NCBI GenBank assembly: GCA_038253555.1
Contig: JBBSGZ010000001.1
Location: 4,941 to 68,940, forward strand
Length of the DNA: 64,000 bases
From: Thermoanaerobaculia bacterium
GTDB taxonomy: Bacteria > Acidobacteriota > Thermoanaerobaculia > UBA5066 > Gp7-AA6
Direction of reading: 5' to 3'
In this document: positions 55,357-64,000 of the stretch, one piece after another
How positions within the stretch are numbered: the first letter of the stretch is position 1
How the letters are laid out: the number at the start of each line of letters is the position of its first letter
Position numbers and translations under genes: made by a program
The notes under the pieces: generated by a model
Told to the model about the DNA's origin: nothing
Database searches by the model: none
The model's input: the letters and a program-made list of their open reading frames with translations, nothing else

Positions 55357-55670
55357 ATGAGGAGAACGCGACGGTGGATTTCCGCCGGTCTCTTCGCGGC
55401 GGCCCTGCCCCTTTTAGTTGGCTGTCCGCCTCCGCCCGCGGGCGTCGTCTACGTGTCTTCGGGGCCGCCGCCGTTCCGCACGGAGTACGTCGGCGCCGCG
55501 CCGGGACATGATCATGTCTGGGTGCGCGGCTTCTATCAGTGGGCGGCGTCAGCTACGTCTGGGTCCCCGGCCATTTCGAACGCCGTCCGCGCGCCGGCGC
55601 GAGGTGGGTGGACGGACGGTGGCGGCATAACCGCCGCGGCTGGTTCTGGATCGCGGGCCACTGGCGCTGA
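55357..55670 (+). pseudogene. Paralogous YXWGXW-repeat-like lipoprotein, apparent 1-nt deletion at about 55540-55543
   Basis: AGGAAAGGAG RBS and lipobox LLVGC are present. The sequence HDHVWVRGFYQW then continues in the -1 frame as GGVSYVWVPGHFERRPRAGARWVDGRWRHNRRGWFWIAGHWR, ending at TGA 55668-55670. The G-run is GGG where GGGG would keep the frame. Confidence 0.6.
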
Positions 55671-55712
55671 GACGAATCGCGGGCCTTTGGGGTCGAAAAG
55701 GCCCGCGATTTT

Positions 55713-57587
55713 CTAGCGGTCGAGCACCTTCACGACGAGAAGCGTGCGGTCGTCCTCCGCGGGGTGGCCCGCGGCATGCATCGCGACCGCGGAGAGAATG
55801 GCTTCGTGCAGGCGCTCGGGGTCCGAACCCGCCTCCACGCGGAGCAGCGCCTCGAGGCGCTCAAACCCGAACGGGTCCCCGGAGGAATTCGCCGCCTCGA
55901 TAATCCCGTCCGTCAGGAACACCAGGCGGTCCCCGGGCGAGAGCTCGAACCGGGCCGTCGGAAAATCTGAGCGCGGCGAGATCCCCAGGGGGAAGGATGG
56001 CAGCGACAGGCTTTCCACGGTCCCTCCGGAGAGCCGGTACGGAGCGAGCTGGCCTGCATTCGTCAGCGTGGCGTCCCCGGTGGCGGCGTCGAAGGCGAGG
56101 AGCGCCAGCGTCATGTAGTTGCGGGAATCCGTCGAGCGGTGGATGAGCTCGTTCAACTTGATGAACAGCGGCGTGCCCTCCAGTCCCGACTCGAGGAGAG
56201 TGGACAGCCCCGCCTTCGCCATCGCGACGAGGAGCCCCGTCGAGAGACCATGTCCTGACACGTCGCCGATCGCGACCGCGCTGCGCCCGTCCGGCAATTG
56301 CGCATAGTCGTAGTAGTCCCCCCCGATTTCTGCGAGAGGCTCGAAGTGCGCGAGGAGCGAGAGCCCCGGCAGCGTCGCTCCGGGTGCGGGAAGCAGTTTC
56401 TGCTGGAGCGTCCGGGCGATCGCGATCTCCGACTCCAGCCGTTCCTTTTTCGCCGTCTCGACCAGCAGACCCTCGATGGACTCCGCCATCCCGTCGAAGG
56501 AGCGCGCCAGGTCCCCGATCTGGTTTTTCGAGCGCGAGTGCACGCGAACCGAGAACTCACCGCGGGCGATCGCCTGCGAGGCCCGGGTGAGCTGGTTGAC
56601 GTTGCGGGTGATCGAGCCGACGAGCACGAAAGCGACGGCGAGCGCGGCCAGGTACACGACGAGGAGCAATGCGGACAGGCCGCCGAAGATCGCCCAGAAG
56701 ACCCGCCCGATCTCAGGCACCCCCTGCGCGAAGAGCTGGCTCGAGAGATTCCGGGGAGACGTCTGGCCGATGAAGAGAACGACGTTGCGGCTGTTCGGCT
56801 CGGGGGCGAACGTTCCGACGGCCCTGTCCACGTAAACGCCCGCGATCCATTGGCGGTCGGCCCAGTTCCGGGTTGCGGCGGGCCCGGATGTTTTCGCCGC
56901 CGGGCGCTCGCGCCGGCTCTTTTCGCCGGGCGCCGACGGCGGCACCTTGGGTTCCTCGACGGCGGGCCCGGGGGTCTCCTTCCCCTCATCGCCGTCTTTC
57001 GAGAAACCGACGTTCCATCCGCGCCCGGTCCGCGAGGTGCCCACCTCGATCGTCACGTCGTAGCCGGTGGCCTTCGAGATCCGCCGCGCCCAGCTCTTCT
57101 CCGGGTCCGTCAGGAGAATCAGGACCGTGCGGCTGTCTGCGCTGTCCGGGCCGGGGACGGCCAGCCAGCCCTGGTCTCCCGCGATCACGGACCGGGGCTC
57201 CTTCAGACGAACCGCCCACGGAGCCACCGATCCGGGAGGAAGCCACGCGACGTCCGAGCGGACCACCCGCCCGGCGCCGTCGACCGAGAACGAGGGATAC
57301 CGCTCTCCGGACGCGGCGTCCGTGCGCGCCGCCGCCAGGGCCTCTCCGTGCACGCGCGTCGCCACGATCTGGTGCGCGACGAGGTATGCCCCGGCGAAGA
57401 GAATCGCGGCGAGGAGCGGGATCGGGAGAATTCCGATCAGGAAATACGAGAATGCCAGCCGCAGACTCAATTTTCGCACGATGGCGCGGAAGGCGATGAC
57501 GACCCCTCGGAAGAGGAGCACGAGGCCCGCCGTCCACGCCAGGCTGATCGCGATGAGGCGCGCGCAGCCCGATCCCGAATCAGTCAC
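55713..57587 (-). CDS. Membrane sensor with HAMP domain and PP2C/SpoIIE-type Ser/Thr phosphatase domain (RsbU-like)
   Basis: Two TM regions flank a periplasmic-type domain. A HAMP domain (NVNQLTRASQAIARGEFSVRV) is followed by IARTLQQKLLP ... GGDYYDY ... IGDVSGHG ... LFLTDGI. Confidence 0.88.
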   Translation of the reverse strand: MTDSGSGCARLIAISLAWTAGLVLLFRGVVIAFRAIVRKLSLRLAFSYFLIGILPIPLLAAILFAGAYLVAHQIVATRVHGEALAAARTDAASGERYPSFSVDGAGRVVRSDVAWLPPGSVAPWAVRLKEPRSVIAGDQGWLAVPGPDSADSRTVLILLTDPEKSWARRISKATGYDVTIEVGTSRTGRGWNVGFSKDGDEGKETPGPAVEEPKVPPSAPGEKSRRERPAAKTSGPAATRNWADRQWIAGVYVDRAVGTFAPEPNSRNVVLFIGQTSPRNLSSQLFAQGVPEIGRVFWAIFGGLSALLLVVYLAALAVAFVLVGSITRNVNQLTRASQAIARGEFSVRVHSRSKNQIGDLARSFDGMAESIEGLLVETAKKERLESEIAIARTLQQKLLPAPGATLPGLSLLAHFEPLAEIGGDYYDYAQLPDGRSAVAIGDVSGHGLSTGLLVAMAKAGLSTLLESGLEGTPLFIKLNELIHRSTDSRNYMTLALLAFDAATGDATLTNAGQLAPYRLSGGTVESLSLPSFPLGISPRSDFPTARFELSPGDRLVFLTDGIIEAANSSGDPFGFERLEALLRVEAGSDPERLHEAILSAVAMHAAGHPAEDDRTLLVVKVLDR

Positions 57588-57716
57588 CTGCGCGGCGGCG
57601 ATGGCCGCCGCGAGCGAGACCGCTTACACGATCATCCAGTTCCGCGTTGATTTTCGAAGGGCCACGGCGCCCGCGATTGTACGGGGGAGGGAAGCTCGAT
57701 TCGACGATCCGTTAAG

Positions 57717-58238
57717 ATGGGCCCGCCCGTGAGTTTCTTCCGCCAGGCGGCGCTGCTGCTGCCGTCCTCATTTCTCCTGGGAGTTCTGATCTTCCTCCTC
57801 ACGCACGGGCACCAGGATCCGGGCTTCGGGACCTACCCCTTTTTCGAGCAGTGGGGGGGCGGCTCCCTGGTCGCGGCGACACCCGAGGGCCGGTTCGTCG
57901 AACAATCGCTTCTCTTCTTCGTTCCGACCTACCTGATCTCGCTGCTCTTCATCCTGTTCGTGGTCCTGGCGGAACGCGGCCTGCTGGGCCGTCCGGAGCC
58001 ACGAGTCCGCTCCGCGTTCCGCGGCGCCTTCGAACCGGTCTTCGCGGCGACGTTTCTGATCGTGACCGCGCTCCTCGTGTGGGAAGGGGACCGTCTCGCG
58101 TCGCGGCTCGCTCCGGGCGCCCTGGTCGCGCCGCTTCTCGTCGCATTCGTTCCGTACGGCGCCGCCGCCCTGGCTCTGCTCCCCGCCGCGATCTTCGCTG
58201 CTCCGCTGGTCCTCCTGCGCCGGACCGATCCGACGTGA
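57717..58238 (+). CDS. Hypothetical membrane protein
   Basis: 173 aa with four hydrophobic helices. The stop overlaps the guaA GTG start. Confidence 0.55.
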   Translation: MGPPVSFFRQAALLLPSSFLLGVLIFLLTHGHQDPGFGTYPFFEQWGGGSLVAATPEGRFVEQSLLFFVPTYLISLLFILFVVLAERGLLGRPEPRVRSAFRGAFEPVFAATFLIVTALLVWEGDRLASRLAPGALVAPLLVAFVPYGAAALALLPAAIFAAPLVLLRRTDPT

Positions 58239-59773
58239 AACCGCCCGCGGCGATCGTCGTTCTCGACTTTGGAGGGCAGTACACGCAGTTGATCGCGCGG
58301 AGAATCCGCGATGCGCGGGTTTTTTCCGTCGTCCTGCCGCCAAACGCCCCATCGGCGGAGATCGCGCGCTGGAACCCGGCGGGTCTGATTCTCTCCGGCG
58401 GGCCGCAAAGCGTTTACGAAGAGGGCGCACCGGTCCCGGCCGCCGGGCTCCTCGACCACGGCGTTCCCGTGCTCGGCCTCTGCTACGGGATGCAGTGGAT
58501 GGCTCAGACTTCGGGGGGGGAAGTCCAGGGCGGCCACGGACGCGAGTACGGCCGCACTTCGGCGCGCGTCACATCCGATTCCGAGCTGTTTCACGGCCTC
58601 GAGGAGGCGCAGACCGTCTGGATGAGCCACGGCGATTCGGTCGTCCGCGCGCCGGAGGGAGCTCGGGTCATCGCCTCCACGCCCGGGACGGCGATCGCCG
58701 GATTCGAAAGCCCGGCGCGAGGGCTTTACGGACTCCAGTTCCATCCGGAAGTCCGGCACACCGAGCATGGAACGGCGATCCTTCAGAATTTTCTCTTCCG
58801 GGTCTGCCGCATCCAGCCGGACTGGAGCATGGCCTCCTTCCGCCACGAAAAAGTCGAGGAGATCCGGCGGCAGGCCCCGGACGGAGCCGTCATTTGCGCG
58901 CTCTCGGGCGGGGTCGACTCGTCCGTGACGGCGCTCCTTCTCCGCGAGGCGCTCGGCGACCGGGTGCATCCCATCTTAGTCGACCACGGGCTCATGCGCG
59001 CGCGCGAAACGGCGCAGGTCGTCGAGGCGTTTGGACGCCTCGGGATCGCCGTGCACGCGGTCGACGCCGCGGACCTTTTTCTCGGGCGGCTCACCGGCGT
59101 GACGGACCCCGAAGAGAAGCGCAGGATCATCGGGCGCACTTTCATCGAGGTCTTCGAGCGCGAGGCGAAGGCCATCCCTGATGCGAGGTACCTCGCGCAG
59201 GGGACCCTGTATCCGGACGTCATAGAGTCGATGTCGATCAAGGGGCCCTCGGCCGTCATCAAGACGCACCACAACGTCGGCGGGCTTCCGGAGAAGCTCG
59301 GGTTTCAGCTGATCGAACCGGTGCGGGAGCTCTTCAAGGACGAGGTGCGGCGGCTCGGCGCGGAAATGGGCCTGCCGCGGGAGTTTCTCGCGCGGCATCC
59401 GTTTCCGGGGCCGGGCCTCGCCGTCCGCATCCCGGGAGAGGTTTCCCGCGAAAAGGTCGCGATCCTCCAGCAGGCAGACGAAATCGTGCTCGATGAGATT
59501 CGAAGAGCGGGGCTCTACGACGCGATCTCTCAGGCCTTCGCGGTGCTGCTCCCCGTGCGGTCCGTGGGGGTGATGGGCGACAACCGGACCCATGAGTTCG
59601 TGCTCGCCGTGCGCGCCGTTCAGACGACGGACTTCATGACCGCGGACTGGTTTCGCATGCCTCACGAGGTCCTCGACGCGATCGCTTCCCGCGTCATTCG
59701 AGAGGTGCGAGGCGTCAACCGGGTGGTGTACGACGTCACTTCGAAGCCCCCCGCCACGATCGAGTGGGAATGA
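58235..59773 (+). CDS. guaA: GMP synthase (glutamine-hydrolysing)
   Basis: GATase domain (LDFGGQYTQLIARRIR, LGLCYGMQ), ATP-PPase motif SGGVDSSV and the C-terminal KPPATIEWE are present. Confidence 0.95.
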   Translation: MKPPAAIVVLDFGGQYTQLIARRIRDARVFSVVLPPNAPSAEIARWNPAGLILSGGPQSVYEEGAPVPAAGLLDHGVPVLGLCYGMQWMAQTSGGEVQGGHGREYGRTSARVTSDSELFHGLEEAQTVWMSHGDSVVRAPEGARVIASTPGTAIAGFESPARGLYGLQFHPEVRHTEHGTAILQNFLFRVCRIQPDWSMASFRHEKVEEIRRQAPDGAVICALSGGVDSSVTALLLREALGDRVHPILVDHGLMRARETAQVVEAFGRLGIAVHAVDAADLFLGRLTGVTDPEEKRRIIGRTFIEVFEREAKAIPDARYLAQGTLYPDVIESMSIKGPSAVIKTHHNVGGLPEKLGFQLIEPVRELFKDEVRRLGAEMGLPREFLARHPFPGPGLAVRIPGEVSREKVAILQQADEIVLDEIRRAGLYDAISQAFAVLLPVRSVGVMGDNRTHEFVLAVRAVQTTDFMTADWFRMPHEVLDAIASRVIREVRGVNRVVYDVTSKPPATIEWE

Positions 59774-59792
59774 CGGGCGCGCAGGACCCCGC

Positions 59793-60839
59793 GTGACCGG
59801 GCGGGTCGGCCGCGACCCCTTCCTCTTCCGGCTCGGCTGGTTCTTGAGGACGCCGGCGATCCGGCTCCGGCGCGCGCTCGGGCGGGCTCGCGGGGCCTTG
59901 CGGCCGGCGCGTTCGCGCGTGCGGCGCCAATGGAGCCCGGCCGCCGCGTCGGCGCTGGCCCCTCTCGTGTGGACGAACGCGCGGGTGGTGCGCGAATACC
60001 TGCACGAACGGGTGTCCGGGAATCCGGGCTGCGACTGGGTCACCTGGATGCTCTCCCGCCACGCGCGCGGCCGGGAGCTTTCCGCGCTCGTGCTCGGCGG
60101 CGGGGAGGGCTGGCTCGAGCGGGTGCTCGCGCGCGATCCGCGCATCGGAATGGTGATGGGGGTGGACCTCGCCCGCGAGGCCATCGAAGAGGCGGAGCGG
60201 CTCGCCCGGGACGAAGGGCTTTCCGACCGGATCCGGCACGAAGTTGTCGACCTCGACCGCGATCCGATCCCCGGCGGCCCGTACGACCTGATGCTCGCGC
60301 ACGACGCGATTCACCACGTTCGCGACCTCGAAGGATTGTTCGAGAGGATCGGCGGGGCGCTCGCCCCGGGCGGAACCCTTCTGTTCTGCGAGTACGTCGG
60401 GCCGCGGCGGTTCGACTTCGACGCACGGAGGCAGGCAATCCTGGATGACGCGCTGCGGTCGATTCCCGAGAAGTACCGGAGGCTCCAGGAGGGCCGGGGC
60501 CTGGCGACACGGGGGCACCGGACGGATCCCGTGGAGCTGGCGCTCCGGGACCCGTCCGAAGCCGTCCGTTCCGACGAGATCCTGCCCGTGTTGCGCCGGT
60601 CGATGTTGGTCGTCGAGGAGATTCCTTATGGCGGCGGGCTGCTGGCGCCCCTTCTCTTCGAGCTGATCTTGAACTTCGAGGAAGGGAATGCGGTCGACGA
60701 CGCGGTCCTCGCCGGGCTCTGCGAGCGCGAGCGCTCCCTGATGGCGGCGGGCGAGCTCGATTCGGACTACGTCGTGGTGGCGGCGAGGCGGAAGCCGGAG
60801 AGCTCGCCCGCCGCGTGGGGGGAATCAGGCCTGGTCTGA
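59793..60839 (+). CDS. Class I SAM-dependent methyltransferase
   Basis: VLGGGEGWL (motif I-like), VDLAREAIEEAERL and ALAPGGTLLFCEY are present. The Arg-rich N-terminal ~40 aa make the true start uncertain; GTG 59919 is an alternative. Confidence 0.78.
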   Translation: MTGRVGRDPFLFRLGWFLRTPAIRLRRALGRARGALRPARSRVRRQWSPAAASALAPLVWTNARVVREYLHERVSGNPGCDWVTWMLSRHARGRELSALVLGGGEGWLERVLARDPRIGMVMGVDLAREAIEEAERLARDEGLSDRIRHEVVDLDRDPIPGGPYDLMLAHDAIHHVRDLEGLFERIGGALAPGGTLLFCEYVGPRRFDFDARRQAILDDALRSIPEKYRRLQEGRGLATRGHRTDPVELALRDPSEAVRSDEILPVLRRSMLVVEEIPYGGGLLAPLLFELILNFEEGNAVDDAVLAGLCERERSLMAAGELDSDYVVVAARRKPESSPAAWGESGLV

Positions 60840-61904
60840 GATTTCCCGCGCGATCGCGCCCAGTCCGCGCTCGAGATTTTCGGTCGATCCGCCGAGAGCC
60901 ACCCGGAAGTGTTCCGGGGCTCCGAAGAACGATCCGGGCGCGACGGCGACGCCGGTCCGTTCGAAGAGGCGCTCGGTGAACGCGGACGCGCCCCGTCCAT
61001 CCGCGAACCGGGGAAAGACGACGCTGGCATCGGCCGGGATGCAGACGAGCTCCGACCTCTCCCGGAAAAAGTTCGCCCACAGGCGGCGGTTGCGCGCCAG
61101 GATCTCTCCGGCCCTCCGCGCGAGGGCCGGAAGGTGCGCGAACGCCAGGGCGGAGAGCCGCTCCGCCGGGATCGCCCCCGAAACGTCGATCACGTCGCGC
61201 GCTCGGCGGATGGCCTCCGTGACAGAAGGGGCGGCGATCGACCATCCGCAGCGAAGCGAGGATAGGCCGTAGGCCTTCGTGAGGCTGTTCGTGGAAATGA
61301 GAGCGGGGGAGCGGGCGCCGGCGGAAGCGATGGAGGCGCCTTCGACGGTATCGGCGTAGACCTCGTCGATGAGAACGTAAAACCCGCGCCGCTCGGCGAG
61401 CCGCGCGAGTGCCTCGAGAGAGGAGGACGAAGCGGCGATCCCCGAGGGATTGTGAGGGCTCGACACGATCAGAAGCCTCGTGCGCGGAGTCACTGCGGCC
61501 TCGACCCGGTCGGGGTCGAGCGCCCATCCCTCATCGAACGATCTCTGGAAGAAACGAACGGACGCGCCCAGCATCCTTGCCGCCGCGGGAAGGGGGTCGT
61601 ATCCCGGCCACTCCGCCAGGACCTCGTCTCCCGCGCGCAGGACGGCAGCGCAGGCGAGAAAGTTCGCGCCCGAACAGCCGCCCGCGGTCGCCACGTGGTC
61701 GCTCGAAACTCCGGCGCGGGCGGCGATCGCTTCGACGAGCGGCGGATATCCGTTCGGGCTGTCGCCGGACAGGTCCACGGCGTCTCGCGCGCCGGGCAGG
61801 TCGGCCAGAGTGCACGCCAGAAGATTGCTTCCCGCGAGGTCGATGGAGGGCACCGGACGATTTTTCGCCCAGGCCATGTAGGCCGTCCGGGTTGCGTTTC
61901 TCAT
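60825..61904 (-). CDS. PLP-dependent aminotransferase, class I/II fold (HisC-like)
   Basis: SSPHNPSG and NSLTKAYGLSSLRCGW (PLP lysine) are present. ATG 61904 overlaps the stop of the upstream permease gene. The 1036-aa ORF in the track is an artefactual extension. Confidence 0.8.
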   Translation of the reverse strand: MRNATRTAYMAWAKNRPVPSIDLAGSNLLACTLADLPGARDAVDLSGDSPNGYPPLVEAIAARAGVSSDHVATAGGCSGANFLACAAVLRAGDEVLAEWPGYDPLPAAARMLGASVRFFQRSFDEGWALDPDRVEAAVTPRTRLLIVSSPHNPSGIAASSSSLEALARLAERRGFYVLIDEVYADTVEGASIASAGARSPALISTNSLTKAYGLSSLRCGWSIAAPSVTEAIRRARDVIDVSGAIPAERLSALAFAHLPALARRAGEILARNRRLWANFFRERSELVCIPADASVVFPRFADGRGASAFTERLFERTGVAVAPGSFFGAPEHFRVALGGSTENLERGLGAIAREISDQA

Positions 61905-63214
61905 GATCGCCGGGCGAGCCGCCCCGCGTAGACGAAGTACACCGGAATCCCGGCGGCCAGCAGGGCAATGCCAACGGCGGACCGCTGCGGGCTCGAGAGC
62001 ACCGCGCTGACGACCGCCAGCACGGAGGCGGCGACGAAGAGGATGGGAAGGACGGGATACCCGGGCGTTCGAAACCGGCCGGCGGGGGGTGCCCCGCCCG
62101 CGCGGCGGCGAAGAACGAAAACGGCGGCAGCGGCGAGGCCGAAGAAGATCCAGTCGGCGAAAACCACCGAGTCGATCAGTCCGCCATAGTTGCCGATGGC
62201 GACGAGGACCGATGACCAGGCCGCCTGGAGCGCGATCGCCGCGGCGGGCGTCTGAAAACGGGAATGCAGCCTGGAAAGAGCGGGCGGGAAGAGACCGTCC
62301 CGCGCCATCGCGTAGGAGATCCGCGTGGGAGCCAGAAACGAGAGGTCGAGAAACCCGAACGTCGAGATCGCGATCGCGGCGGCCACGAACCGGTCGGCGC
62401 CGGAGCCCATGAGACGGCGGACGGCCTCGGCCGCCGGAGTCGCTGTTGCGGCGAGACCCTCGCGGCCGAGCGCGCGCAGGTACACGAAATTCACGGCGAC
62501 GTAGACGAGTATGACGATGGCGGTGCCGGCGAGGAGGGCGCGCGGCAGGGTCCGCCGGGGGTCCCGGGTCTCTTCCGCCACGAGGTTGGCGCTCTGCCAG
62601 CCGCCGTAGGAAAAGAGGATCGGCACGAGGGCGCCTCCGAACGCGAAGAGGCCTGCTCGAGGAAGAACGCCTCCGCCGGCCGCCGGCGCGGCGTCTGACG
62701 CAAATGCGAGTCCGCCCACCACGAGAGTGGCGAGAGCGGCGATCTTCAAAACCACCAGCGTGTTCAGCACGCGACTGCCGGGTTTGACGCCGAGCACGTT
62801 GATCCCCGCCAGCAGGGCGATGGCCGCGATGGCGAGGGGAGCGGAGGGAGCCCCGGGGCGGCCCGCCAGGCGGAGCGCGTATCGCGCGAAAGTGATCGCA
62901 ACGGCCGCGATGCCGCCGCCCTGGATCAGGAGGAGGGACGCCCAGCCGAAGAGAAACCCGACGAGAGGGTGATACGCCTCGCGCAGATACGCGTACTCGC
63001 CGCCCGCCCGCGGCAATGCCGCGGCCAGCTCCGCGAACACGAATGCGCCCGCCATGGCGATCGCGCCTCCGGCGACCCACGCGCCGAGGACGAGCCCCGC
63101 GGTCGGAAGCCGCTGCGCCACGACAGCGGGGTTGATGAAGATTCCGCCCCCGATGATTCCGCCGACGACAATCATCGTCGCGTCGAAAGTCCCCAGGGCG
63201 CGGCGGAGGGACAT
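61901..63214 (-). CDS. APC-superfamily amino acid permease
   Basis: 437 aa with about 12 TM helices and the N-terminal FDATMIVVGGIIGGGIF motif typical of APC transporters. Confidence 0.88.
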   Translation of the reverse strand: MSLRRALGTFDATMIVVGGIIGGGIFINPAVVAQRLPTAGLVLGAWVAGGAIAMAGAFVFAELAAALPRAGGEYAYLREAYHPLVGFLFGWASLLLIQGGGIAAVAITFARYALRLAGRPGAPSAPLAIAAIALLAGINVLGVKPGSRVLNTLVVLKIAALATLVVGGLAFASDAAPAAGGGVLPRAGLFAFGGALVPILFSYGGWQSANLVAEETRDPRRTLPRALLAGTAIVILVYVAVNFVYLRALGREGLAATATPAAEAVRRLMGSGADRFVAAAIAISTFGFLDLSFLAPTRISYAMARDGLFPPALSRLHSRFQTPAAAIALQAAWSSVLVAIGNYGGLIDSVVFADWIFFGLAAAAVFVLRRRAGGAPPAGRFRTPGYPVLPILFVAASVLAVVSAVLSSPQRSAVGIALLAAGIPVYFVYAGRLARRS

Positions 63215-63239
63215 GGAGTGTGAAGAGTAACGGACAGCT

Positions 63240-63280
63240 GGGCGAAGGGCGAAGGGCGAAGGGCGAAGGACGAAGGACGA
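63240..63280 (+). repeat. GGGCGAA heptamer tandem array (G-quadruplex-capable) in the permease/dnaE divergent intergenic region
   Basis: gggcgaagggcgaagggcgaagggcgaaggacgaaggacgaaa: four GGG tracts with 4-nt CGAA loops (63240-63263), then two degenerate GGACGAA units. Confidence 0.9.
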
Positions 63281-63383
63281 AATGCGGAGCGCGAAACGCC
63301 GACCGGGCGAGGGAACGGGAACAGACGAAGGCGGGGCACCGCCGGCGGCTGTCTCCGTCCGCCTCCGCTACAATCGTTCCTTC

Positions 63384-64000
63384 ATGCCCGGCGATTTCGT
63401 CCATCTCCATCTTCACAGCCAGTACTCCCTGCTCGACGGCGCCAACCGGCTGCCGGAGCTGTGCAGGAGAGTGGGGGAGCTCGGGATGAATGCCGTGGCG
63501 GTGACTGACCACGGAAACATGTTCGGAGCATTCGCCTTTTACCACGAGGCCATCAAGCAGGGCGTGCGGCCGATCATCGGGGTCGAGGCCTACATCGCGC
63601 CCGCTGACCGCCGCGATCGGGAGGCGCAGGCGGCGAGCGAGTCGGGCGACGGATATGCCTATCACCTGACGATCCTCGCGGCTACGCAGACCGGGTATCG
63701 AAACCTCGTGCGCCTGGTTTCCGAGGCCTACATGACGGGCTTCTATCATCGCCCGCGAATGGACAAGGCTCTCCTGCGGCAGCACGCCGAGGGCCTGATT
63801 GGCCTCTCGGGCTGCCTGAAAGGCGAAGTCGCCGGGGCGCTCGCGCGCGGCAACTACCAGTCCGCGAAGAAGGCCTTTCTCGAGTACGAGGACATCTTCG
63901 GCAAGGGGAACTTTTACGTCGAGCTGATGGACCACGGGCTCCCGCAGCAGACCGCCATCGTCCCGGACCTCCTCCGGCTCTCGACGGAAGTGGGCGCGCC
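63384..64000 (+). CDS. dnaE: DNA polymerase III alpha subunit, N-terminal PHP domain (partial, runs off right edge)
   Basis: MPGDFVHLHLHSQYSLLDGA ... AVAVTDHGNMFGA ... YHLTILA ... GNFYVELMDHG. Absent from the ORF track because there is no stop in the window. Confidence 0.93.
   Translation, partial: MPGDFVHLHLHSQYSLLDGANRLPELCRRVGELGMNAVAVTDHGNMFGAFAFYHEAIKQGVRPIIGVEAYIAPADRRDREAQAASESGDGYAYHLTILAATQTGYRNLVRLVSEAYMTGFYHRPRMDKALLRQHAEGLIGLSGCLKGEVAGALARGNYQSAKKAFLEYEDIFGKGNFYVELMDHGLPQQTAIVPDLLRLSTEVGA

Noticed and set aside
60825-63935. 1036-aa minus-strand ORF suggesting one huge protein
   Set aside because: Only the C-terminal 359 aa (from ATG 61904) look like a real PLP aminotransferase. 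Upstream the frame runs out of frame across the APC permease gene and the intergenic repeats and reads as Arg-rich junk.

Overview
GC-rich bacterial chromosomal fragment. Gene content (Tol-Pal, S55 peptidase, PEGA-domain Ser/Thr kinase, many 4-nt start/stop overlaps) suggests an Acidobacteriota-like organism, but that is inference only. About 64 densely packed protein genes are supportable. I found no rRNA, tRNA, CRISPR array or mobile element. Most of the window is housekeeping: pal/tolB/tolA-like/tolR/tolQ, an Opp/Dpp-type ABC importer, coaD, msrA, lipA, lnt, prfB, guaA, dnaE, xerD, and a thiolase/hbd/crotonase block. The most interesting locus is 27.9-34.7 kb. It holds a compact cassette of an extended-SDR reductase, a serine-palmitoyltransferase-like alpha-oxoamine synthase (GTFSKS motif) and a 381-aa GNAT-like acyltransferase. 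A sphingomyelin/IPC-synthase-like PAP2 protein converges on the cassette and is divergent from an NfeD-SPFH (stomatin) pair. Together these look like a self-contained ceramide/phosphosphingolipid module, possibly linked to membrane microdomain proteins. Other observations: the canonical prfB +1 programmed frameshift; three further single-base frameshifts in otherwise intact genes (possibly assembly indels); a perfect 18-bp in-frame tandem repeat inside the S55 peptidase gene; recurrent G-rich heptamer (GGGCGAA-type) arrays with G-quadruplex potential next to stop codons and in the dnaE/permease divergent region; an archaeal-type (class II) GAPDH homologue; and tandem YXWGXW-type small secreted proteins. 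Start codons were chosen by eye (RBS, overlaps, signal peptides) and may be off by a few codons. All family assignments come from motifs I recognise, not from searches.
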